NCBI GenBank assembly: GCA_948750375.1
Contig: CAPZWT010000004.1
Span: 24,598 to 88,597 of the forward strand
Direction of reading: 5' to 3'
Length of the DNA: 64,000 nucleotides
From: an uncultured Muribaculaceae bacterium
GTDB lineage: Bacteria > Bacteroidota > Bacteroidia > Bacteroidales > Muribaculaceae
The notes below the pieces were generated by a model. The model was not told the origin of the DNA. It saw only the letters and a list, made by a program, of their open reading frames with translations, and searched no databases. Below are positions 49,513 through 57,864 of this stretch, piece after piece. A program made the position numbers and the translations under genes. Position 1 is the first letter of the stretch. Each line of letters begins with the position of its first letter.

Positions 49513-51465
49513 TTAATAATAAGCCCCGAGGCGTTTGAGCTGGCGGTAAGTGCGAAGCACCTCGGCTACGTTTGTTGCATGCGACACCGCACCTCGGCCG
49601 GTGTAGGGAGGATTACCGTCGTAGAGCTGCGACAGCGAGCCAATGCAGCCGTTGGTCATCTCGTCTTCAAAGCCGATGAGCAGGCGATCGATATATCCGG
49701 CACCGCTGAGCCCGAACACACGCAGATACGAGTCGGCATAGAATCCGGTAAGCCAGGGGCGCACAGGGCCGTTGTGCATGGCAAACTCTCGCTCGTCGGG
49801 ATTACCGATGTAATTGGGATGGTAGCCGTAGCTCTTCGGCGAGAGGGTGCGCAGACCTTTGGGAGTAAGCAACTCGCGAGTGACGACATCGAGAACGCTC
49901 TTGCGCTGACGGCGGTCGAGCGGCGAGTAGTCGAGACCTATTGCAATAGCCATATTGGGTCGAACCGACGGGTCGGCATAAGAGCCGTCGACAAAGTCGT
50001 AGAGATATCCGCTTTCGTTGAGGAAGGTGGAAATGAAGGGCTCCTTCATCTTCTCGGCTTCGGCAAGCCATTCATTGCGACGGTCGACAAGAGCCTCGTC
50101 GCCTTCGGCGAGTGCCGATGCGAACATGAGGGCATTGTACCAAAGTGCGTTGAATTCGACAAGACGTCCTGTGCGGCGCACAACAGGCGCTCCACCAAGC
50201 ATTGAGTTCATCCACGACACAGCTTTTTCATGTCCGTCGGTAGAAAGAAGACCGGAGTCTGAGTCTACATAAAGATTGGGATATTTTCCCGAAAGAACGC
50301 TGTCGACAAGCTTGGCAACCGGTGCCATATAGAGCTTGCGTGCAGCATCGTTTCCTTCGACTTTTGCGTATTGCTGTATTGCCCACAGGGCCCAGAGAGG
50401 GATGTCGGGAGATTCGATTCCCTTGATGTCTTTCGAAGGCTCGCCGGAGTCTACAAAGTGCATGAGCTCGCGCATTGCCGTTGCCATGATGGCTTCGTAG
50501 TCGGCCTTGTGGTCGATTGCGAGAGTTAGGCCGGGCAATGCCATGAATGTGTTGCGAGCAAGCACCACGCCCCAGGGGAAGCCTGAGAGAATATACATAT
50601 TGTCGCCGCGCCGCACATAGAACTGCTTTGCAGCGTTTTTGAGACAATTGAAAAATGAGGTGCGCGGCGTGCGGCTTGCCACTTCGGCCTCGTACATCTT
50701 GCCCAGGCTACGGGGGCTCACCTCGTTGATGCCGGCTGAGAAAATGATAGATTCACCTTTCTTAATAGGGACTTCGAAGTAACCGGGCACCCAGAGGTCT
50801 TCGCAATAAGGCACGCCTCGCTCGAGGTCTTTCACATATTCGATGCCGTTGTACCAGTTGGGTTCGTCGACCCATTTGGCCTTGTGGTTGAACTGCATGT
50901 AAAGCGTCGGAAACCCCTTATAGAGACATGTTGCCACGCCGTTGTTCACGGGTTCAATCTTACTGTTTATGGCATCGTTGGCCACGCAAAGGCTGTTTAC
51001 TTCGCGAAAGGCGAGGAAGGGCCTGAAGCGGAGGGTTGTGGGCGAATGTGCCTCGACAAGAGTGTAGCGAATAAGGATTCTGTTTTCCTGGCTGATAAAA
51101 ATCTTTTCCTTGGTGAGAATCACGCCACCCACGCGATATGTCATACGGGGTACGGCCTCACAATCGAACTCACGGATATACTTGTGGCCAGCCGGCGAAT
51201 ACACACCGCCCTGATAGCGGTGCAGACCGAGGTTGAAGGGAGCGCCATGCTGAATCACTGTTTCGTCGAGACTCGACAGCATCACATGAGGCTTGTAGTC
51301 CATCCCCTCGATAGGAATCACCAGCAGACCGTGTTGTTTACGTGTGTTGCAACCGACCAGAGTGGTGCAATGGTATGCGCCGGCCTGGTTTGTACGCAGC
51401 ATCTCTTTTGTAAGCGACTGGTCCAAGTTTATGAGCAGGTTCTTATCAAATTTAAGATAACTCAT
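49513..51465 (-). CDS. Glycogen debranching enzyme (amylo-alpha-1,6-glucosidase family)
   Basis: MSYLKFDK start, NTRKQHGLL, SWMNS, VEFNALWYN, VRPN and LLTPKGLRTLSP. Confidence 0.88.
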   Translation of the reverse strand: MSYLKFDKNLLINLDQSLTKEMLRTNQAGAYHCTTLVGCNTRKQHGLLVIPIEGMDYKPHVMLSSLDETVIQHGAPFNLGLHRYQGGVYSPAGHKYIREFDCEAVPRMTYRVGGVILTKEKIFISQENRILIRYTLVEAHSPTTLRFRPFLAFREVNSLCVANDAINSKIEPVNNGVATCLYKGFPTLYMQFNHKAKWVDEPNWYNGIEYVKDLERGVPYCEDLWVPGYFEVPIKKGESIIFSAGINEVSPRSLGKMYEAEVASRTPRTSFFNCLKNAAKQFYVRRGDNMYILSGFPWGVVLARNTFMALPGLTLAIDHKADYEAIMATAMRELMHFVDSGEPSKDIKGIESPDIPLWALWAIQQYAKVEGNDAARKLYMAPVAKLVDSVLSGKYPNLYVDSDSGLLSTDGHEKAVSWMNSMLGGAPVVRRTGRLVEFNALWYNALMFASALAEGDEALVDRRNEWLAEAEKMKEPFISTFLNESGYLYDFVDGSYADPSVRPNMAIAIGLDYSPLDRRQRKSVLDVVTRELLTPKGLRTLSPKSYGYHPNYIGNPDEREFAMHNGPVRPWLTGFYADSYLRVFGLSGAGYIDRLLIGFEDEMTNGCIGSLSQLYDGNPPYTGRGAVSHATNVAEVLRTYRQLKRLGAYY

Positions 51466-51604
51466 ATGTGTTAGGTTTATATGGAATTTATTTAGTCGGT
51501 AGTATATGTGTTTTAGCAAGTCTTTTTAATTTTGCGAATTTACAGTCTTTTTTCATAGATTGCAAACAAACATGTCGCAAAACATTAAAATTTTCCATAA
51601 CAAG

Positions 51605-51648
51605 AAAAAAAGGGGTGCGGACGGCCAAAACAGGCACCCGCACCCCAC
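51605..51648 (-). terminator. Terminator after apt
   Basis: GGGGTGCGG / CCGCACCCC stem with an adjacent A run (U tail on the minus strand). Confidence 0.7.
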
Positions 51649-51678
51649 TAAAACAGCACATGTAGTTGCCGCTACATA

Positions 51679-52197
51679 TCAGTAAGAGATGAGCGAAGTC
51701 ACTTCGGCATCGGCAGGGAGAGCCTTGCGGCCATTGAGCGCCGACAACTCGATGATGAAGTTGACGTATATTTTTTTCGGATGAAGGCTTTCGATGAGCT
51801 TGTATACAGCGGCCATTGTGCCACCGGTCGCAAGAACGTCGTCGTGAATGACGACAATATCGTCGGGAGTGATGGCATCGCGATGAATTTCAATAACGTC
51901 CGTGCCATACTCTTTGGCATACTCCATGCGGATGGTGTCGGCAGGGAGCTTGCCGGGTTTGCGAGCCGGAACGAAACCGGCGCCGATTTCGTAGGCGAGA
52001 ATTGAACCGCCGATGAAGCCACGCGATTCGATGCCTACTACTTTTGTAATGCCTTTATCGCGGTAGAGCTGCGAGAGGTCCCAGCCGATAATGTGAAGAG
52101 CACGCGGGTCTTTGAAAACTGTGGTGAGGTCTTTGAAGACTATTCCTTTAGAGGGGAAATCGACCACGTCGCGGATTTTTGACTTGATGTAATCCAT
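51679..52197 (-). CDS. apt: Adenine phosphoribosyltransferase
   Basis: DFPSKGIVFKD, GIESRGF, RKPGKLP and PRPP motif IHDDVLATGGT. Confidence 0.95.
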   Translation of the reverse strand: MDYIKSKIRDVVDFPSKGIVFKDLTTVFKDPRALHIIGWDLSQLYRDKGITKVVGIESRGFIGGSILAYEIGAGFVPARKPGKLPADTIRMEYAKEYGTDVIEIHRDAITPDDIVVIHDDVLATGGTMAAVYKLIESLHPKKIYVNFIIELSALNGRKALPADAEVTSLISY

Positions 52198-52243
52198 TAT
52201 GATAGGTTTAAGTAATTAATATGCAAGTTTTTGACAGCGCTCT

Positions 52244-52259
52244 TGTTCCACGTGGAACA
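52244..52259. promoter_or_regulatory. parS: parS centromere-like site (ParB binding)
   Basis: TGTTCCACGTGGAACA, a perfect palindrome (18 bp with flanks) matching the parS consensus TGTTNCACGTGNAACA; intergenic, just after the mnmG stop. Confidence 0.85.
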
Positions 52260-52263
52260 ATCG

Positions 52264-54144
52264 TTATCTATTCATCAGCAGAAGCAGAATATTGACATCG
52301 GAGGGCGAAATACCTGGAATGCGCGAGGCCGCTCCGATAGAAGCCGGCATGTGTCGTTTCAGTTTCTGCCGGCCTTCGGTAGATATTGATTTGAGCGAGT
52401 CATAATCGATATTGTCGGGCAAGAGGAGCGACTCGAGGCGGAGGAGCTTTTGCGCCACAAGACGCTCACGCGCAATATATCCGTCGTATTTAATAAGGAT
52501 TTCGGCAGCCTCGACTATTTCGTCGCGCCGCTCGACAGGGAATGAGTTGAGCACCGCACTCAGTTCAGGCAGACATCCGGCGAGCAGGCGTATGGTAAGT
52601 TGGGGACGCTGCACAAGTTCGCGCAGCTTAGTTCCTTGTCGCAGCGGCGTTGTACCTACAGATTCGAGCAGCTCGGCCACATCGCTCTGACGTACGGTGA
52701 GACGGTCGCACAAGGCAATGAGTTCGTCGCGGAGCTCCTTTTTTCTGCACATGAGTTCATAGCGCTCGTCTGATGCAAGGCCGATACGATGGCCAATGGG
52801 AGTAAGACGCATATCCGCATCGTCCTGGCGGAGAAGAATGCGATATTCAGCACGCGAAGTAAACATTCTATATGGCTCGTCGACACCTTTGTTGATGAGG
52901 TCGTCGATAAGAACACCGATATATGCCTGCTCGCGACCGAGGGTGAACTGCTCACGGCCGAGTGCGCGGAGTGCGGCATTGGCTCCGGCAACAAGGCCCT
53001 GTCCGGCAGCTTCCTCATAACCGGTCGTGCCGTTAATCTGTCCGGCGAAGTAAAGGCCGGGCACGAGTTTTGTCTCGAGAGTAGCAATGAGCTGAGTGGG
53101 GTCGAAGAAGTCGTATTCTATGGCGTAGCCCGGACGGAAGAGCTGAGCATCGCGCAGGGCGGGCACAGTCGACAAGGCTTCAATCTGAATATCCATGGGC
53201 ATGGACGAGGAGAAACCATTGAGATAATACTCTGTCGTATTCTCGCCCTCGGGCTCAAGGAAGAGCTGATGCTCTGTTTTGTCGGCAAAAGTGACAATTT
53301 TTGTCTCTATCGAGGGGCAGTAACGTGGGCCGATACTCTGAATCTGACCGTTATAAAGCGGTGAATCGGGCAGGCCACGGCGAAGCACCTCGCAGGTTTC
53401 GGGGTTGGTATACACTATGTGACACTCGCGCTGACGGAGCGCTGAACACACACCCGGAAGATATGAGAAGAGATGATTGACATCGTCGCCGGGCTGAGGT
53501 GTCGATAGACTGAAGTCGACTGTGCGTCCGTCGATGCGCACCGGGGTACCGGTCTTCATACGGTCGGCAACGAAACCCAGCTCGCGCAACTGCTCAGTGA
53601 GGCCGTGCGACGGGGGCTCTGAAATGCGTCCGCCTTCAAATGAAACACGCCCTATATGCATGAGACCATTGAGAAACGTGCCATTAGTAAGCACAACCTG
53701 ACGCGCTCTGAATGAAGCGCCGTGAAGCGTGTGCACTCCGGCGAGCTTTCCGTCTTCGTCAAATAGAAGACGGTCGACGTTATCCTGCCACATCGAAAGG
53801 CCCGAAGTATTCTCCAGAATTTCTCGCCATAGAGCCGAGAACTTATTGCGGTCGGCCTGGGCTCGCGGGCTCCACATGGCAGGTCCTTTGCTACGGTTGA
53901 GCATGCGGAACTGAATGGCTGTGCGGTCGGTGACAATACCCATCATACCACCCAATGCATCAATTTCGCGAACAATCTGACCTTTGGCGATACCGCCCAC
54001 GGCCGGATTGCAGCTCATCTGCGCAATTTTGTTCAAATCCATGGTGACAAGCAGAGTTCTGGCTCCTATCCGGGCAGAGGCATGAGCCGCCTCACATCCG
54101 GCGTGACCGGCACCCACAACTATCACATCGAAATCAAAATTCAT
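52264..54144 (-). CDS. mnmG: tRNA uridine-5-carboxymethylaminomethyl modification enzyme MnmG (GidA)
   Basis: GAGHAGCEAA, MSCNPAVGG, GPRYCPSIE, AGQINGTTGYEEA and PYRMFTSRAE. Confidence 0.97.
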   Translation of the reverse strand: MNFDFDVIVVGAGHAGCEAAHASARIGARTLLVTMDLNKIAQMSCNPAVGGIAKGQIVREIDALGGMMGIVTDRTAIQFRMLNRSKGPAMWSPRAQADRNKFSALWREILENTSGLSMWQDNVDRLLFDEDGKLAGVHTLHGASFRARQVVLTNGTFLNGLMHIGRVSFEGGRISEPPSHGLTEQLRELGFVADRMKTGTPVRIDGRTVDFSLSTPQPGDDVNHLFSYLPGVCSALRQRECHIVYTNPETCEVLRRGLPDSPLYNGQIQSIGPRYCPSIETKIVTFADKTEHQLFLEPEGENTTEYYLNGFSSSMPMDIQIEALSTVPALRDAQLFRPGYAIEYDFFDPTQLIATLETKLVPGLYFAGQINGTTGYEEAAGQGLVAGANAALRALGREQFTLGREQAYIGVLIDDLINKGVDEPYRMFTSRAEYRILLRQDDADMRLTPIGHRIGLASDERYELMCRKKELRDELIALCDRLTVRQSDVAELLESVGTTPLRQGTKLRELVQRPQLTIRLLAGCLPELSAVLNSFPVERRDEIVEAAEILIKYDGYIARERLVAQKLLRLESLLLPDNIDYDSLKSISTEGRQKLKRHMPASIGAASRIPGISPSDVNILLLLMNR

Positions 54145-54162
54145 ATTGCAACAAAAAATAAA

Positions 54163-54597
54163 TCAATGGCACATCGAAGCGAGCACAGCAAGTGCATCGT
54201 TTTCGTGACGCTCCATAATCTTGCGTTCGCCCGGGCCTTTGTCGTTGATTCCGCAAAGATGCAGCACACCGTGAATAATCACGCGGCGTAATTCGGTGTC
54301 GTAGTCAGTGCCGACAAGCACGGCATTGCTGCGCACTGTATCAAGCGAAATAAAAATATCGCCGCGCAACATCATTCCCATACAATTATCGAAAGTAATG
54401 ACATCGGTATAATAGTCGTGCTGAAGGAATTCGCGGTTGACACTCAAAATCTTATCATCGCTGCAGAATATATAGTTCAGAGAGTGCACCTGGCGGCTAA
54501 GAGCACTGGCAACCCGAGCAATCCATTGCTCAAGTTGCTGATAATCAAGGCTCGGGAGTTCAACACCCGAGACTAACCATTGAAAAGCGGGCGTCAT
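54163..54597 (-). CDS. ybeY: rRNA maturation endoribonuclease YbeY
   Basis: NREFLQHDYYTDVITF, GDIFIS and HGVLHLCG. Confidence 0.93.
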   Translation of the reverse strand: MTPAFQWLVSGVELPSLDYQQLEQWIARVASALSRQVHSLNYIFCSDDKILSVNREFLQHDYYTDVITFDNCMGMMLRGDIFISLDTVRSNAVLVGTDYDTELRRVIIHGVLHLCGINDKGPGERKIMERHENDALAVLASMCH

Positions 54598-54615
54598 ATT
54601 CTGTAAATTAACTTA

Positions 54616-54623
54616 CAAAGGTA
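54616..54623 (-). promoter_or_regulatory. -7 promoter element for ybeY-mnmG-apt
   Basis: Reverse complement TACCTTTG, 18 nt upstream of the ybeY ATG. Confidence 0.6.
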
Positions 54624-55010
54624 CAAAATTTTTACAATCTGCATCGCGCGTCCGACTGAAACTTAACATATTGGCAAGAAAATGCGCCTGCAGAGCGCAA
54701 AGACTATCTCTTCAGAGTGGCAGAGAGGGATATCGTTTCACACTCAACTTCAGAACGTCCAGCAAAAAGAACATGGCATTTTAATGCTATCACTCTGTTT
54801 TACAGCACCATTACACCCGGCATAGACCGCTTGAGGTTTTAAAATCTGCGGAAGGCTCGATCAGGAGGTAGAAAAAACGGCTTCTCGAAAGCTAAAATAA
54901 TGGCACAATCCACACTACCCTACCCCACCGACCGCCGAGCAAGAAAGAAAAACAGAAGAAAAGTGTTGGGGAGAAGCATATAAAAATTCCCTTGTGTGCA
55001 ATTTTAAAAA

Positions 55011-55042
55011 TTTGTAAATATAAAAAAAAAATGTTACCTTTG
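55011..55042 (+). promoter_or_regulatory. Sigma-A promoter of the TonB receptor operon, with an A10 tract in the spacer
   Basis: TTTG at 55011-55014, TACCTTTG at 55035-55042, and a 20-nt spacer containing A10 (55022-55031). Confidence 0.7.
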
Positions 55043-55108
55043 CGCATATAAAACTCAGTGTCGACAAAACCATTTAAACACCAATAATATTCACATTAAT
55101 CTATCGCA

Positions 55109-57832
55109 ATGAGACGACTCTTATCGGTTATCTTCATGCTATGGCTGACACAGACAATCGTGTTCGCAGCCGCAGGCATGTTTACATGTAAAGGAACGGT
55201 AGTTGACGAAGAAGGCGAACCTATCATAGGTGCCAGCATCGTCATCTCGGCCAACAAGGCTGTCGGCACCACCGACTACGACGGAAACTTCACAGTCAGC
55301 GTACCCGACGGCACTCGTACGCTCACCTTCAGCTACGTAGGCTGCAAAAGCGCCACTGTGCCGGCAAAAGCCGACATGGGCAAAATCACCCTCGAGACAT
55401 CGACCGAAGTTCTCAACGACGTCGTTGTAACACAATCACTGGCCCGCACACGTCAGACTCCCGTGGCGGTTTCTCAGATTAACAAAGCTGAGATAGACCT
55501 CAAACTCGGCACTCAGGAACTTCCCGAAATTCTCAACACCACTCCTGGTGTATGGGCTACCAAAGACGGCGGCGGCTTCGGCGATGCAAAAATCAATATG
55601 CGCGGCTTCCAGAGCGCCAACGTGGCAGTTCTTGTAAACGGTATTCCTGTAAACGACATGGAAGGCGGCTGGGTATATTGGAGCAACTGGGCATCGCTTG
55701 GCGACGTAGCATCCAACATCCAGACCCAGCGCGGCCTCGGCGCCGCAGTTCTCTCAGCTCCTTCAATCGGTGGCACAATCAACATCACCACACAGACCCT
55801 CGATGCCGAGAAAGGCGGCTCCGTATGGTATGGCATGGGCAACGACAATACCAACAACTATGGCATAAAGCTTTCTACCGGTCTTATGAAAAATGGTTGG
55901 GCAGTGACTGTTCTCGGCTCTAAGAAATGGAGCGACGGCTACATTCAGGGCACCGACTACGTAGCGTACTCCTACTTCGCCAACATTTCTAAGCGTATCA
56001 ACGACAAGCATCAGCTGTCACTCACCGCATTTGGCGCACCGCAGGTTCACAATAAACGCGGCAACAAAGACGGTCTTTCGATTCTCAACTATCAGAAATA
56101 CGCCAAAGAGTGGATGGGTAGCGAAAGCCCCTACAAGTATAACGCTACTTTCGGTTACGACCGTCACGGCAAAGTGCGCTCGTCGAACCGCAACACCTAT
56201 CACAAACCTCAGATTTCGCTTGCCCACATCTGGCAGATTGACAACAAATCGAGCCTCTCTACAACGGCATATGTATCTCTCGCAAGCGGCGGCGGCTACT
56301 CCGGCCAGGGCCGTGGCAGCTACAGCAACTCGAGCTGGTATGGCGCCTCAAACGGCACGCCCAACACTCTCTTCCGCTGCCCCGACGGAACATTTGACTA
56401 TGCTGCAATTCAGGAAATGAATATGGCCAGCGAAACCGGCTCTAACATGGTAATGAGCCAAAGCAACAACTCGCACAACTGGTATGGCCTTGTGTCGACA
56501 TATCAGAACAGCTTCTTCGACAAAACCCTCAACATTCTCGCCGGTATCGACCTACGTTACTATGTAGGTTTTCACGACAACAAAATCATTGACCTATACG
56601 ACGGCGAATACTACATGGACGACAGCTCGCGTAAAAACGTGAAAGCAGCCAACAACGCCGCTGCCGCCGACCCCGCATGGAAATATGAAAAACTCGGTGT
56701 AGGCGACTATGTATACCGTCACTATACCGGCTACACACAGCAGGAAGGCGTTTATCTGCAGGGAGAATACTCGATGCTCAATAAAGCCCTCACACTCGTT
56801 GCAAGCGGCTCACTGAGCAATACTGCTTATAAACGCGAAGACAAATTCTACTACGACAAAGAACACGGCACAACTCCCTGGTACAGCTTTATCGGCGGAA
56901 CTGCCAAATTCGGCGCAAACTATAACATCGACCGTCACAACAACGTGTTTGCCAACGTGGGCTACATAAGCCGTGCGCCCTTCTTTGCAAACGGTGTCTT
57001 CCTGCAGCAGGCTACATCAAACGCCACAAACCCCGACCCCGTGAATGAAAAAGTATTCTCAGTCGAAGCCGGCTACAACTTCCGCAGCCGCATGTTCTCG
57101 GCCACAGTGAACGCTTACTATACCAAATGGCTCGACAAGACAATGGTAAGAGGCGGCACAATCGAGCAGGGCGAACACGCAGGCGACCGCTATGCAATGA
57201 ACCTCACCGGCGTAGATGCCCGTCACATGGGTATTGAATTCAACTGCACATTCGTTCCCGCCAACTGGGTTGAAATCACCGGTATGCTCTCTGTAGGCAA
57301 CTACGTGTGGGACAGCAATGCCAAAGGTTACTTCTACAACCAGCTCGGACAGCCCCTTACCAAAGCTCTAAACGGCACCATCGCCAGCGGTGTTCTTGCC
57401 GAAGACCACGCATGGGGTGTCCTCAACCAGAAAGGCATAAAAGTTGGTGGCTCGGCACAGACCACAGCCGCTATCGGCGCTACATTCCGACCCTTCAAAG
57501 GCTGGCGCGTAGGCGTTGACTGGAAGGTTGCTGCAAACAACTACTCCGACTACTCGGTAAGCGCTCCCAGCGCCAACACAGTTATAAATATAGCTGAACC
57601 CTGGCGTATTCCCTGGGGCAACCAGTTCGACGTAAACGCTTCGTACCGTTTCGATATCGGCGGCATTCAGGCCACTCTTTCGGGCAACATCCACAACCTC
57701 TTCAACTACTACTACGTTGTAGATGCATGGTCGAACAGCGCCGGACGCGCTACCTGGGACAATGAAAACCTCTATGGCGTATTCTACAACTTCGGACGTA
57801 CCTACGCCATGAAACTGCGAATCAACTTCTAA
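55109..57832 (+). CDS. TonB-dependent outer membrane receptor (non-SusC type) with N-terminal carboxypeptidase-regulatory-like domain
   Basis: Signal peptide, GTVVDEEGEPIIGASI, plug motifs (LPEILNTTPGV, INMRGF, VLVNGIPVND, GGTINI) and C-terminal beta-signal ...GRTYAMKLRINF. Confidence 0.92.
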   Translation: MRRLLSVIFMLWLTQTIVFAAAGMFTCKGTVVDEEGEPIIGASIVISANKAVGTTDYDGNFTVSVPDGTRTLTFSYVGCKSATVPAKADMGKITLETSTEVLNDVVVTQSLARTRQTPVAVSQINKAEIDLKLGTQELPEILNTTPGVWATKDGGGFGDAKINMRGFQSANVAVLVNGIPVNDMEGGWVYWSNWASLGDVASNIQTQRGLGAAVLSAPSIGGTINITTQTLDAEKGGSVWYGMGNDNTNNYGIKLSTGLMKNGWAVTVLGSKKWSDGYIQGTDYVAYSYFANISKRINDKHQLSLTAFGAPQVHNKRGNKDGLSILNYQKYAKEWMGSESPYKYNATFGYDRHGKVRSSNRNTYHKPQISLAHIWQIDNKSSLSTTAYVSLASGGGYSGQGRGSYSNSSWYGASNGTPNTLFRCPDGTFDYAAIQEMNMASETGSNMVMSQSNNSHNWYGLVSTYQNSFFDKTLNILAGIDLRYYVGFHDNKIIDLYDGEYYMDDSSRKNVKAANNAAAADPAWKYEKLGVGDYVYRHYTGYTQQEGVYLQGEYSMLNKALTLVASGSLSNTAYKREDKFYYDKEHGTTPWYSFIGGTAKFGANYNIDRHNNVFANVGYISRAPFFANGVFLQQATSNATNPDPVNEKVFSVEAGYNFRSRMFSATVNAYYTKWLDKTMVRGGTIEQGEHAGDRYAMNLTGVDARHMGIEFNCTFVPANWVEITGMLSVGNYVWDSNAKGYFYNQLGQPLTKALNGTIASGVLAEDHAWGVLNQKGIKVGGSAQTTAAIGATFRPFKGWRVGVDWKVAANNYSDYSVSAPSANTVINIAEPWRIPWGNQFDVNASYRFDIGGIQATLSGNIHNLFNYYYVVDAWSNSAGRATWDNENLYGVFYNFGRTYAMKLRINF

Positions 57833-57864
57833 ACGCAAGCCCAACAAAAGATAATTTGAAAACT

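Noticed and set aside
54598..55010. oriC in the ybeY-TonB intergenic region
   Set aside because: There is no cluster of DnaA boxes; only one weak match (CAATCCACA) was seen.
54598..55108. Cobalamin riboswitch / BtuB call for the TonB receptor, prompted by the nearby adenosyltransferase
   Set aside because: No B12-box motif was seen, the promoter is ~65 nt from the ATG, a terminator separates the pair from pduO, and pduO-DUF2795 is a core Bacteroidetes pair.
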